The notes under the pieces are model-generated. The model was not told where the DNA came from and searched no databases. It saw only the letters and a list, made by a program, of their open reading frames with translations. The position numbers were made by a program, and so were the translations under genes. From Epithemia pelagica (taxonomy: Eukaryota > Protista > Bacillariophyta), in contig OX337228.1 in the NCBI GenBank assembly GCA_946965045.2, positions 4,836,001-4,900,000 on the forward strand: a DNA stretch of 64,000 bases, given 5' to 3'. Shown piece by piece: positions 45,572 to 56,025 of the stretch; positions within the stretch are counted from its first letter, which is position 1, and each line of letters begins with the position of its first letter.

Positions 45572-46645
45572 ATGAATGATAGGTTAGGTGACGTCCCCGG
45601 TTGGGCAATCGAAGATGCTCAGTCCAACACAGAGTTCGACAATGAACCTCCGCTGAGTGGACAACATGGTAAAAAGGATGGAAAGAAAGGTGGAGGTGAC
45701 ATAGAAATGGGAAATCAGCAACCTCAACAAGCAAAACACATGGAACATTTCTTTCGTGAAGTTGAATCGATCAAGGAAGACATTGAATCCGTGAAGAAAG
45801 CTACCAAGACCATAGGTGATATCAACGAAGCCGCATTGCAAGCGACGACAACTGAAGAAGAGAATGAGTTGTCGAGAAAGCTACGACCGCTCGTCGACCA
45901 AACAAATAAGCGAGCAAAGCGAACAAAAACATTGTTGGGCCTTCTGAAAGAAGAAACCAAAAAATTGCAGAATGAGGACGCCATTAAACAGTCTGACCTA
46001 CGGTGAGTATTCGTCAATCTCGTTCTTTCCTTGGTTGCTTTCCAAGACTTGGTCATTGTCATGCAATGTGCCCCCTCATGACGCTGTTGTTCATTTTGCA
46101 ACGTCTGCAGTATTCGAGAGAATCTTGTGAACACACTGACGCGCAAGTTCATCGACGAGATGAAAGCTTATCAAGCGGCGCAGCAAAAGTATAAAACGGA
46201 TATTAAGAAGAAAGTCACCCGACAAGTGCAGATCGTAAAACCCGACGCTACCGAGGAAGAAATTGACGAGGTCATGCGTAGCGAAGGAGGCCGTGATTCT
46301 TTGTACAGGGAGCGAATCCTGGCAGGTGGTGTCAACGATCAAGTGAAAACATCCTACGCCAAAGTTGCTGGAAAGTATCAAGATGTCTTGGCATTGGAAC
46401 AATCTGTAGCCGAGCTTCATCAAATGTTTTTGGACTTTGCTCTCTTGACAGAGCAACAGGGAGAGTTACTTGATCAAATTGAATTCCAAGTTAAACAGGC
46501 CGGTGACTACATCGAAGATGCTAATGTGGATGTCTATGAATCAATTGAGTATCAACGCAAGATTCGAAAGAAACAGTGTTGGATTATCCTCATTGTTATC
46601 ATTGCCACAGTTGTCCTCCTCTTTGCAATTGGGGTTCTACCATGA
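45572..46645 (+). CDS. Syntaxin (Qa-SNARE, syntaxin-1/SYP1 type) (exons 45572-46002, 46111-46645)
   Basis: Habc helices, SNARE motif LEQSVAELHQMFLDFALLTEQQGELLDQIE, and a C-terminal TM anchor. Confidence 0.95.
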
Positions 46646-46795
46646 GAACTGGTTAGAGTAGTGTTTTGTTGGTTGAACAATATAGCTTTGTTGCAAAACG
46701 TGGAACCGCTTCATATTTCGACCATGCAGGCACCAAACAGTGCCGCATCGTACTCTCGGACCGTTTTACACTCGCAAAGTATGGGCACAAAACTA

Positions 46796-47857
46796 TCAGA
46801 TCGTATTAAAGTGATTCTGTAAAATTGGTTGAGCTTTTTGCCGTGCGAAATTACTGGACTCCCCGACTGTTGATACGACTGAATCCTCCATATCCTCCGC
46901 TTCGCGTGCAACGCTGTTGCCCCAATATTCCGCCGCATCGAGTGCCACCAGGCAGCTTTCACGAATGACATCATTGTCGTCTTTCGCAAATTCCTTCAAG
47001 ATGGGCTCGACGATATCCCATTTAGAATCAATTGCCCCCAATGCTTCTGCACTCTCGTGGCGTACCATTTCATTTTCGAGAGATCGTCGGAGACTTCTCT
47101 CCAAAGCATCGACCGAGTCAGCATGCTGCATTTGGCCAAGTACATACGCTACTTCATGCCGTAGTAAGGCGGAACTCGAGTCCTCCACTAAAACACGACA
47201 TAGCTCAAGAACTGCCTCGCTCCCCCCAATGTTCCGCAGAGAGAACATAGCTCGATATCGCTCAAAAAGAGGAAGAGACGTATCAGAAAGTATGGCGCCA
47301 ATTTCGGTGATACTCTTGTCAATATGAGAGGGATGAGGTGGCGCTGGATCAACGGAGGAGTACGGATTCAGCATACAAGCACAAGCGACCGGCATTTCCG
47401 AAGAGTCCCCTCCATTTTCTCTCCATTTCATCACATTTAGTGCGATTTGACATGTTTCAGTTAATTCATCGGGGACGTTGTCAACGTCATTAAGTACACT
47501 TTCCAAAACGGCTCTGGACCTGGGTGCTCCGATGGCACCCAAGGCTTCGGCTGCTTCGTGACGCACCATGACACAATCATTTGTAGATTGTAAAATGTCC
47601 TCAAGCCCTGCACAGCATCTATCGTCTCGCATTTGTCCCATGACGTAGGCAAATTCATGACGCATCAGTGCACCATGCCTCAGGTCAGCAAGACCAGCAG
47701 TTAGGGCTAAAACAATTTCATCCTTTTCTTTGTCTGAGGTGCCTTGTTCATGAAACTTGGATCTTAGATAGTACGCTGCTCGCATTCGCATTCCGATTGG
47801 GTTCGCTGGATCCTGTATAGACTGAATGAGGCTTGACAGCGGCGGAACTTCCCACAT
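46796..47857 (-). CDS. DOHH: Deoxyhypusine hydroxylase
   Basis: Four HE motifs in HEAT-like repeats: RHEFAYVMGQ, RHEAAEALG, RHEVAYVLGQ, RHESAEALG. Confidence 0.95.
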   Translation of the reverse strand: MWEVPPLSSLIQSIQDPANPIGMRMRAAYYLRSKFHEQGTSDKEKDEIVLALTAGLADLRHGALMRHEFAYVMGQMRDDRCCAGLEDILQSTNDCVMVRHEAAEALGAIGAPRSRAVLESVLNDVDNVPDELTETCQIALNVMKWRENGGDSSEMPVACACMLNPYSSVDPAPPHPSHIDKSITEIGAILSDTSLPLFERYRAMFSLRNIGGSEAVLELCRVLVEDSSSALLRHEVAYVLGQMQHADSVDALERSLRRSLENEMVRHESAEALGAIDSKWDIVEPILKEFAKDDNDVIRESCLVALDAAEYWGNSVAREAEDMEDSVVSTVGESSNFARQKAQPILQNHFNTI

Positions 47858-48878
47858 TTCGAAACCAAGGATGTAAGATGTTTACCGACGGAGACAAAAA
47901 GTATATTGTGAATTGTGATGGTTGCTGTGGAAAGAGTGCCTACGCCTCTACCTATGCCTGGGCCTCGGGGCTTTCGGCTTTCGGGACCAATCTGCCGCAC
48001 GCACCACGCCAACCGACGCGGGACTACCTAGCTAGGCGAGGACTACAATAGATCACAGATTGAAGAATAAGAGGCTTCCAGGTGTTGATAGCTGCCAAGA
48101 CTAAGGCTCCTCTCGGAAGTGTTCGCAAGTTGAAGAGAAGAAAATGATACAGTAAGAAGAACGCACCGAAGAGCAAAACAAGTAAAGGTCAGCGATGAGT
48201 TCTCGCTGCGAAGGGGGGTTGGTGCATCATGGCCACGAGTATCAAGAAAACGGTGGAGCTAGAGGTCACGAATATGTTGCCATAAGATCTCGATGGCAGT
48301 CGGAAACCAGAAAATTTAGTCGGGTTCATCTCATTCGAAGAGACAAACTGGCCGTGCAAAGTGATCCACACATGCACAAAAGAACGATCCAACAAAAGGT
48401 GATTCCAACTGACAGATGCTTATCGGGCAATGAGAAGGCGATAAGATGACGAGATGTTCGGAAAGGCAATGGGTTTGCCGTCAGCAATCCAGCGGAGTAA
48501 AGCTTATGTTGTAACTGAGGATCAAAGCAGTGATCGGCACAGAAAGAGAAGAGTTCATCAAACAGCAGACCAGTCAACTTTGTCGTACAGAAAAACGTAG
48601 AAACAGGACAACGTAGAAAGTGACATCAGGAAGATGTCGAATGCACACTATAAAGGTGGTACTCAAAGGAATCAACTAATTCGAGAGAACAGCCGGTCTT
48701 GTGCACGAACTCGCGAATTGACGGAATCCAAGTCATAGGCTCGAAGTGGGGCAGATAAGTAGAGACATCATGTAACACCGCCCGTTCGTTTCCAGACAAA
48801 AGTAGCTTCTCATGTTTCATTAGCTGTCGCATATGCTTGATCAGGTTTTCTCGCCGAGCATCGTCTGGCGAGAAATTT

Positions 48879-49725
48879 TCAAAGGTCAATCCTTATGAGG
48901 TCGACTTTCACGTCCAGTGTTTGACGTGTGTGGAACTTATACATGCTTGGTATGTCAAACTGCATTTCTGCCACAACAGTTAATGGCATTTTCCACTCAG
49001 ATTCAACGTGTTTCTTCATGAACGCTCTTGTGCTTGTTTTATGGAATGAATAAACCGTTCTCCTCGCTAGGCGAGTAGCTGCCTTTAAGAATCGAAGGTC
49101 CATCCCAGCATTGTCTTTTGTGCCAAATGGTGGATTGGTGAGAACTGCGCCACGATTTTCAGTACAAAGACCAAAATCATGAGTCAACTTCTGAAGTTCA
49201 GAAAAATCTGTCACAATTTGATACTACCCGAAAACACTCACCAGTATCAACGCATTTTGACGTGAGAGGTATCCCGTCGTCGGCGCCATCAGACATGATG
49301 CGGTCACGGACTTCCTGAGTGGAAGAACGTGTGTTGTTCGTTCGCCCTTTGTTCTTCTTTGTTGTTTTCCGTCGTTCTTTTCCCTTCCCCCCGGGACTTT
49401 TCACCTTTGCCAAAATGAACGACACGTGCTGCTCCAGTTCAAGTTCTTCAAGGTTTTGCTGGGCAATCAATAGGGCAGATTCATCGCAGTCGACCGCATA
49501 AACATGATCCGAATCAACACACGCAGCAGCAGCTGCTAACATTCCAGTTCCACATCCTAAATCTAACACGGTTTGTCCATTGCCGACGTCCCCTCTTTCG
49601 AGGGCAGTCCACACCACCGCGGCCGCCAACTCTGGACTGCTTGGATACTGCTCCAAAGTTACATCTGGGTTTGGAAAGTCACGCTGGATCCCACTAAGAG
49701 CTGATTCCAAGTGCTTCAAGCGCAT
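48879..49725 (-). CDS. METTL5: 18S rRNA m6A methyltransferase METTL5-like (exons 49725-49242, 49144-48879)
   Basis: LEQYPSSPELAA, VLDLGCGTGML, spliced VDT|VLTNPPFGTK, VYSFHKTSTR, and AEMQFDIPSMYKFH..DVKVDLIR. Confidence 0.93.
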
Positions 49726-49970
49726 CTAGTTTCTACTTTTCCTGTGCTCCGTCTTTCTCTCTGGTAGCTCTGTCGTTCAACAAGCCCTTCGTCTCGAAGT
49801 GTCGTTTGGGTTGTATCTTGTATCATTGTGAAAAGATACTCTCCTAATTTTTAACACCCCGACTGAATTTGGGGGATTCGATTTTCCCCCAAAAGGTCGA
49901 CGGAAGGACTGACAGACGACGGAAATGGGCCCCATCTATCATCTATCCCACTTCTGTTGTGGAGGAGACA

Positions 49971-52301
49971 ATGTTCCGTAGCGCCAAAGCTAGACGAAAG
50001 AAACAGCATGTTCGGAGTTCCTTGACGACCGAAGATGAGGAGGGCGACTTGCAAAGCAATTCCGCAGCGGAACGTGAAGATTCAGAAGAAAGTAACGTAT
50101 TGCTTTCTCTTCAGAGCAAACGGAGAGACCTCAGCAAAAAGAAAAAATCGCTTCGTACGACAACGTTCGGCGGCGCTTCTTCGATTAATCGAACAACCAA
50201 CATTGTAAAAGGCGGAAGCAGTGCTTCAAAGAAACGCCGCCGTATTGGATTCGGGGGAATTTCATCAACAGATGAACCAAATGATCCAGAGACGGACGGT
50301 GGTGGAGCTACGACACAGGTTTACGATTCTGAGTCTCTTGCTCAACTAAAAGCCGAGCAAGAAGAAATGAACAGCAAAGTCAGTCAACGACAGAGAAAAC
50401 AAGATGTTGAGAAAACAAGTAGTTCAATCCCCCAGCACCTTCATGAAGCAGACAACATCTCACGTGCTATTCCTCGACAGAGCTCCAACCAACAACACGG
50501 GGCAACGAAGACAGAAGGCGAAGAAGATTTCATTTCATTGAATACTGCTAGGCGTTATGAAAACGATCGATCATCTGACTCTGGTATTGTTCTTGTTGGA
50601 GACGAGGCTATGGAAGCTGCATTGAATGTCGACAGTCATCAAGTACTTTCGGGCAGTGACAATGACGACAAATATCAACGGCATGAAAACGTGACCTCGG
50701 AAAAAGAATTAGGGGATGAGTCATCCATGTGGGAAGCTCAGGTTGCTGAGAGAGCTGGTGTCGATATATTGTCACGCGATCCTCCATCATCCCAAACACG
50801 TCATCGATCTGAACAAAAGTTTCACAATATAGTTTCACTGACCGAGATACGGCAACAATTTGTGGATGCGCAAAGTATTTTGCGTCAACAAATGGAGGAC
50901 TCGAAAACATCGTATGAGAGACGGCAGGTAGATATCGATCATGCGGGGAAAGAGGAGCTGGAACGGCATACTTCTGCCGTTCAGTCATGTGGAAAGGCAT
51001 TGGAATTCTATCAAGGTTGGCGAGGTCGAGTGGTTCCGTTCGTCGCTGCCTTGCGTGAACTATCGGACAAGTTGTTCAGCATACAGAATGGTCTTGTGCA
51101 GCTCGTCGAACGCCAGACAATTCTTGTAAAAGAAAGACGTCAATGGCAGATCGATGACATGTTGGCAGAGCTTCACCAAATGGGTGAACTAGAAGCTGTG
51201 CTGGGGCGTCAACCAGCATCAACTCTTCTGGTGGATGAAACGAATTGCGAGGACACGTTCGATGAATTTGGGCGTACAGTGCAATCACAACGAGTTCTGC
51301 AACGTGAAAAACGACGTCAACAACTATTGAGTATTCGTACAACATCTGTGGAACACTCTATGGATGGCGTTGATAGCGAATTCGCACTATGGATGATGAA
51401 AAGCGAGATAACATCATTTCATGATCAGTCGTCAGCACTACACGAAGCCTTTCAATTTGCTTTACTTCAAGTTCAGGAAGAGTTTACGATCTTGGATGGG
51501 TTGACGAAGCTTTTCTACGAGTGGTTCAGTCACAACTCAAATGAATACAAAGATTGTTTTGCGGGCCTTTGTCTGGCCGATCTTGCTAGTGTGCTTGTCC
51601 GCGCTGAAATTTGTTCTCGGCTACTGAATCGCACGAATAATAGGCATGATTCACTTCGGTGGGTTCGTACAATTCAAAATGCCGTAAATTCCGGATTATT
51701 GGAGGACGCTGCAATTGTCCGTCTCATGGAAAAGGCGGTTTTCCCAATATTCAATGATTTTTTTCAGACTAACAGATACGATACAGATCTCCATTCACAG
51801 ACGCAAACACTTCTCAAGATTTGGAAGGAGATACCTTGGTTATCAGGTCGAGAGGCGACCATCGATGCTGTAGAAACATGGAAGTCAGAAATCGCTGCAC
51901 CATCACTTTTGGAAACATGGGAAATGGAAGTAAAAGAACTCGCGTTTCCCGTGTTAGCTGAAGGGAGCGACAACTCGAATCTTGAAAAGGTCGAAGGTGT
52001 GAAAGATCAACTTATACGAGGTTTGCGTTGCCTGGAAAACGTCGTTGAATGGACGCCATACCTCCCGACAGATAAGTTTGCGGAATGTTTTATCAATTTC
52101 CTTGTGAGTACAGTCTTACCGTTTATATCATCGCTCAATGCGGCAAGGGAACAAAACAAGCATAATGGTCTCTCAGGCTCAGAGTGGGCGTCCTCATCGT
52201 TCGCTAACATATATAAGTTGCTCCAGAAGACGACATGGTTGAATCGACCAGATCTGTTGGTCCAGGTGACGACTCTTCAAGCGGCGTCAGAGATTGACTG
52301 A
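49971..52301 (+). CDS. GCFC2/PAXBP1 (GC-rich sequence DNA-binding factor, Ntr2-like) splicing-related protein
   Basis: Basic/acidic N-terminus, SMWEAQV motif, coiled coil, and EWFSHNSNEYKDCFAGLCLADLASVLVRAEI matching the GCFC domain. Likely start MFRSAKARRKK at 49971. Confidence 0.75.
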   Translation: MFRSAKARRKKQHVRSSLTTEDEEGDLQSNSAAEREDSEESNVLLSLQSKRRDLSKKKKSLRTTTFGGASSINRTTNIVKGGSSASKKRRRIGFGGISSTDEPNDPETDGGGATTQVYDSESLAQLKAEQEEMNSKVSQRQRKQDVEKTSSSIPQHLHEADNISRAIPRQSSNQQHGATKTEGEEDFISLNTARRYENDRSSDSGIVLVGDEAMEAALNVDSHQVLSGSDNDDKYQRHENVTSEKELGDESSMWEAQVAERAGVDILSRDPPSSQTRHRSEQKFHNIVSLTEIRQQFVDAQSILRQQMEDSKTSYERRQVDIDHAGKEELERHTSAVQSCGKALEFYQGWRGRVVPFVAALRELSDKLFSIQNGLVQLVERQTILVKERRQWQIDDMLAELHQMGELEAVLGRQPASTLLVDETNCEDTFDEFGRTVQSQRVLQREKRRQQLLSIRTTSVEHSMDGVDSEFALWMMKSEITSFHDQSSALHEAFQFALLQVQEEFTILDGLTKLFYEWFSHNSNEYKDCFAGLCLADLASVLVRAEICSRLLNRTNNRHDSLRWVRTIQNAVNSGLLEDAAIVRLMEKAVFPIFNDFFQTNRYDTDLHSQTQTLLKIWKEIPWLSGREATIDAVETWKSEIAAPSLLETWEMEVKELAFPVLAEGSDNSNLEKVEGVKDQLIRGLRCLENVVEWTPYLPTDKFAECFINFLVSTVLPFISSLNAAREQNKHNGLSGSEWASSSFANIYKLLQKTTWLNRPDLLVQVTTLQAASEID

Positions 52302-52387
52302 CCTGCTCGCGGAGCTAAAGGAAATTTGACCAAATCGGTGGCAATAGATCGCTCCATGCTCATAGATTAGAGAACTACAGTAACTCT

Positions 52388-53187
52388 CTAGACAGTCATA
52401 ACATCTTTCTCCTTGTTCGCAACAATCGAATCAATCTCTTTCACTTTTGCGTCTGTCAACTTCTGAATTGCATCTTGCCCGTCTTTTGATTCATCTTTTC
52501 CGATATCGCTGTTCTTTTCCATCTTTTTGACTGCGTCAACTCCGTCTCGTCGAATATTTCGGAGGGCCACTTTTCCTTCTTCCCCCATGGCTTTACATTG
52601 TTTCAGCATTTCCTTTCGACGTTCTTCAGTCAACGCAGGAATATTGATCCTAATTAATGTTCCATCATTGGTGGGCATCAGACCCAAATCTGACTCCGCA
52701 ATCGCTCTTTCAATGTCACCAAACAACGATTTATCGTACGGGTCAACAGTAAGCTGTTGAGCCGAGGGAATTCCAATTGTCGCGAGTTGATTCAGCGGTG
52801 TCTCCGCCCCTGATTCATGTAAATTGTAATGATTTGGTCGAGTATATTGAGCGGAAAAAGAACTATGCACATATTCGGCACTCGTCACCTGAATGAGAAA
52901 AGACGGTACGTACCATAGTAGTCAAGTTTGACTCGATCGAGCATGTTCGCGGAAGCTCTTCCAGTACGGATCGTCAATAAGTTCGTTTTTACAGAATCTA
53001 TTGTTTTCTTCATACGCTCTTCTGCGTCTGTCGTAATATCTTTCACCGATTTCTCGGATGTCGACATGAAGAGCCTACCAACCACGGCGTGGTTCCTAGA
53101 GGAAGAGACAAAAGGAGATTGAAATGCCTTTGTGGTTGCAGCCGCCACCAACCAGAGAACGGATATGGCGATGTTGAAGGACCTCAT
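52388..53187 (-). CDS. frr: Plastid-targeted ribosome recycling factor (exons 53187-52914, 52809-52388)
   Basis: IRTGRASANMLDRVKLDYYG|AETPLNQLA, PTNDGTLIRINIPALTEERRKE, KVALRNIRRD. Signal peptide ending TKA|FQSP. Confidence 0.95.
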
Positions 53188-53262
53188 ATTATTTTCTTTC
53201 AATGTCAATGGATCCCAACGATATAGTCCTCTGTCGACTCACAGGATCGCTCTTGATTATGG

Positions 53263-54285
53263 GTGGTCGTCGAATTCGAACAAGTGAGCGGAGGCACAGA
53301 CCACATCAGTGACGTCAATCACGGATACCCCTCAAATCTTAGTCCCGTGTCAATATCTTTACATTTCCCATTTACATATCATCGAAGCAATGGCGATATG
53401 ACCATGGTGCCAAACTGCCAACAGCTGATTGGTCCTTCGCGACTAGTCCTCAAATCAAGAACAAGACTTAGCACTTACTCAGAGAGATTCTTTCATTCAT
53501 CGAAATGGGCAGCGTCGAAAGTTATCTGGCGTCTCGCCAGATATATGGCACAACGGCAGATTGGTCCCGAGAGAACCCGCGTCCTGCCTTTGTTGAGAAC
53601 GAATGAAAAAGCAATTCAAACTTTGCGTTGGTACTCTCCAATGTACGATAAAGACGTCGAAGACCGAGATGGAGGTGAAACTGTTCTCTATGAGAGAAAC
53701 AGTCATCGCCTTGCGCTGACAAGATCGGCATTCGGGATAGCATGCTTTCATTCATGTGTCTGGATCGGCTACAACGCTTACTTCTTCCCGATGTTCGAGC
53801 ATTCCGACTTGATTGTGAATTCCTTTTCATTCTTTCCTGCTTTTGGCTATACAATAGCAGCGATAGTTCAAATAATTGCAACGGGGTACCCTATTCGACT
53901 TGTTTCCCGGCTGGTTTGGAAACGAAACCATCGACAACTATTATTGTATCGATATACGTTTCCGTTTATCAGGGAAAATCCCGAGCCTGTGGTCTTTGAA
54001 TTGGGACAAATTGTCATAAATCCTCTTTCCACCGAAGCCGCAACCATTTTGAATGATTTACAAGGTGATATATCCAAGTTTGAGGGGCACATTTCACTGC
54101 AACAGACACGACAGTCATTCTTCTCTTTGCCATACCTTCTTGATATTTCTGAATCCGTGGACGTTCGGGAACCACAGATGCTATTTGACTCGTTGTTACA
54201 GCCCGAACGAATCAGGAGAGAGACCTACAGGAGTGTTTCTTCAGGACGGACTGAGAAGAGAACTGGTCGAAGGAAATCTCGATGA
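53263..54285 (+). CDS. Hypothetical two-TM protein, probably mitochondrial (TMEM223/TMEM70-like topology); paralog A
   Basis: R/S-rich leader, VLYER, two hydrophobic segments, R.VS.L, then FEGHISL..LPYLLDI and a basic tail. The true start is probably downstream (ATG near 53395-53403). Confidence 0.7.
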   Translation: MVVEFEQVSGGTDHISDVNHGYPSNLSPVSISLHFPFTYHRSNGDMTMVPNCQQLIGPSRLVLKSRTRLSTYSERFFHSSKWAASKVIWRLARYMAQRQIGPERTRVLPLLRTNEKAIQTLRWYSPMYDKDVEDRDGGETVLYERNSHRLALTRSAFGIACFHSCVWIGYNAYFFPMFEHSDLIVNSFSFFPAFGYTIAAIVQIIATGYPIRLVSRLVWKRNHRQLLLYRYTFPFIRENPEPVVFELGQIVINPLSTEAATILNDLQGDISKFEGHISLQQTRQSFFSLPYLLDISESVDVREPQMLFDSLLQPERIRRETYRSVSSGRTEKRTGRRKSR

Positions 54286-54669
54286 CAAGACGATGAGCAT
54301 GTCGTGACGGTTCCTCCTGGTGACTGCGGCATCTTCACCATGCCGAAGGCTTGTAAGTTGCACATTTCTAGTGAGGACCACCTCCTTTTAGCTCTAGAAG
54401 CACTCCAAGTAAACTTGACAATAATGTGTTAACCCACCTTTGTTTTCACACAATGTCTTCTTGCAAGGAGCCGCCTTGTCATCTTGGGAATCAGATATAG
54501 GAGTAGGAGTACCTTAGCATTATGACGGCTTAATATTACCTGAGCCTGAGGTAAGCGGTAGCTCCAGGTCCCCAACAAAGATCCGTGGTGACCACCGTTC
54601 CCGCTTAGGTGTACTGAATCATAACCATGTTGTATTGTATGTCAACGATAACTGAACAGTTGATTCACG

Positions 54670-55650
54670 ATGACGATGGTTCACACGTATGCTATACACA
54701 ATCCGTTTCTCGCTCTTCGACCATATACCAAGCGCATTGCATGGCGGATCACCCTTCAAGAGAAATGGGATTTCGGTGTCTGTTGGCCAAGAGATGCAAC
54801 ATTCATCAACGAGAAAAGATCATCGTTAGGTCGCTCTTTCTGTGTCAACCAAACCCCGAAACCTAGGTGGTTCTCAACTGATGCTACTCCCAGAAGAAAT
54901 CCACTGGGTCTTGAGGATACTGAAGAAGAAGATAGTGGAAGATCGAACGATATTGTTTTGTTTGAACGGACCACTCCTCCGTCATTCATCGAACGAGCCA
55001 GTTTTTGTACAGCAACCGTGTGTTCAGTTTTCTTTGTTTGGTATGTCGTTGACTTTGTTCCAGCCGGTAGGTTCCTTTATCTATTGCCAGTATGGTATGG
55101 TTCTTTCCCTCGTACTCACTTGTATTTCGAGGGAACTACAGTTAATTCTTCTGGTATCCCAGAGCTGTACATTCATCCTGTTTTTCCTGGGCTCGGGATT
55201 GCAGGAGCACTCATCTTTCAGGTTGGGTCAACTTTTTACCCCGTTCGAAACGTCTCGAAATTGATGTTGCGCCAATCTACCACTTCTGATGAGCCCGACA
55301 AGCTTCTTTATTATGTCCATACGCTCCCTTTTGTTCGCCCGTCTGTAAATCCCCTTGAATACCCGGTTGGAGAATTCACCTTGAATCCGAATTCCGCGAA
55401 AGCTAGGAAAGTGGTGGAGCACGATAACATTTCAACCTTCAAAGGCCATATCCCTCTTTACAGGACCGGGACTCTTCTACCATTTGTGCTTAATATCAAT
55501 ACGGAAAATGATGTGGTTGAACCGACTCTACTGTTGGAATCCATCATGCGACCATCACCTGACAAGACCTCCATAGTTGATGCAGCTCCCCATCAAATGA
55601 TAGAACGGATGCGAAGAAAGAGGTTTAGGAGGTCCAAGAAACGGAGATGA
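54670..55650 (+). CDS. Hypothetical two-TM protein, probably mitochondrial; paralog B
   Basis: Same motif order as the upstream gene: VLFER, two TMs, RNVSKL, TLPFVR, FKGHIPL..LPFVLNI, EP.LL.ES.MRP and a basic tail. Confidence 0.75.
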   Translation: MTMVHTYAIHNPFLALRPYTKRIAWRITLQEKWDFGVCWPRDATFINEKRSSLGRSFCVNQTPKPRWFSTDATPRRNPLGLEDTEEEDSGRSNDIVLFERTTPPSFIERASFCTATVCSVFFVWYVVDFVPAGRFLYLLPVWYGSFPRTHLYFEGTTVNSSGIPELYIHPVFPGLGIAGALIFQVGSTFYPVRNVSKLMLRQSTTSDEPDKLLYYVHTLPFVRPSVNPLEYPVGEFTLNPNSAKARKVVEHDNISTFKGHIPLYRTGTLLPFVLNINTENDVVEPTLLLESIMRPSPDKTSIVDAAPHQMIERMRRKRFRRSKKRR

Positions 55651-56025
55651 GATTTCCATATCGTTAGACGGAGAAGCTTGTACATTTGATCTACAAACAC
55701 AGTTGCTATACTGCTTCGCTAAGTCTTAGTTATATTGTACACATTTGCTCGCAAACGTCACTCAGGCAGTGATACCCCGAAATCCTTACAAGTGACATAG
55801 AATAAGGCGGGTGGATTTTCGGGGCGTGCCTCTGATTGTGGTATGTCTTCCCTCATTGTCAGTCTTGTAAGTCTTCATAGCATTTGATATTGGAAGCAGA
55901 GTCTAGTAGCAAGGGCGAAGGATTCTACCGGCCAGGTGAAAGTGCGCCATGGAACACACATCTTGATCATGGCGGTCTAAATGTAACATATATATCGATC
56001 ATAACAGTCCATGTCCCGGCAACAA

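Noticed and set aside
48189-48889. Short ORFs between DOHH and METTL5, including the protein-like 87-aa ORF 48626..48889 overlapping the METTL5 stop
   Set aside because: No ATG context, motif or splice path linking it to METTL5, whose C-terminus is already complete. Treated as UTR/intergenic.
40333-49725. Functional cluster of RNA/translation-modification genes (PCIF1-like, DOHH, METTL5)
   Set aside because: Eukaryotic neighbours in mixed orientation with unrelated genes between them; nothing beyond chance proximity.
54500-54620. snRNA/snoRNA-like words (ATATTACCTGAG resembling the U1 5' end; ATGACG...CTGA)
   Set aside because: Not the exact U1 sequence, and no Sm site or supporting stems were seen.
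55775-55824. Inverted repeat CCCCGAAATCC / GGATTTTCGGGG between convergent genes, and a GC hairpin at ~5953-5978
   Set aside because: Short (8-11 bp) stems are expected by chance; no tRNA or other ncRNA features.
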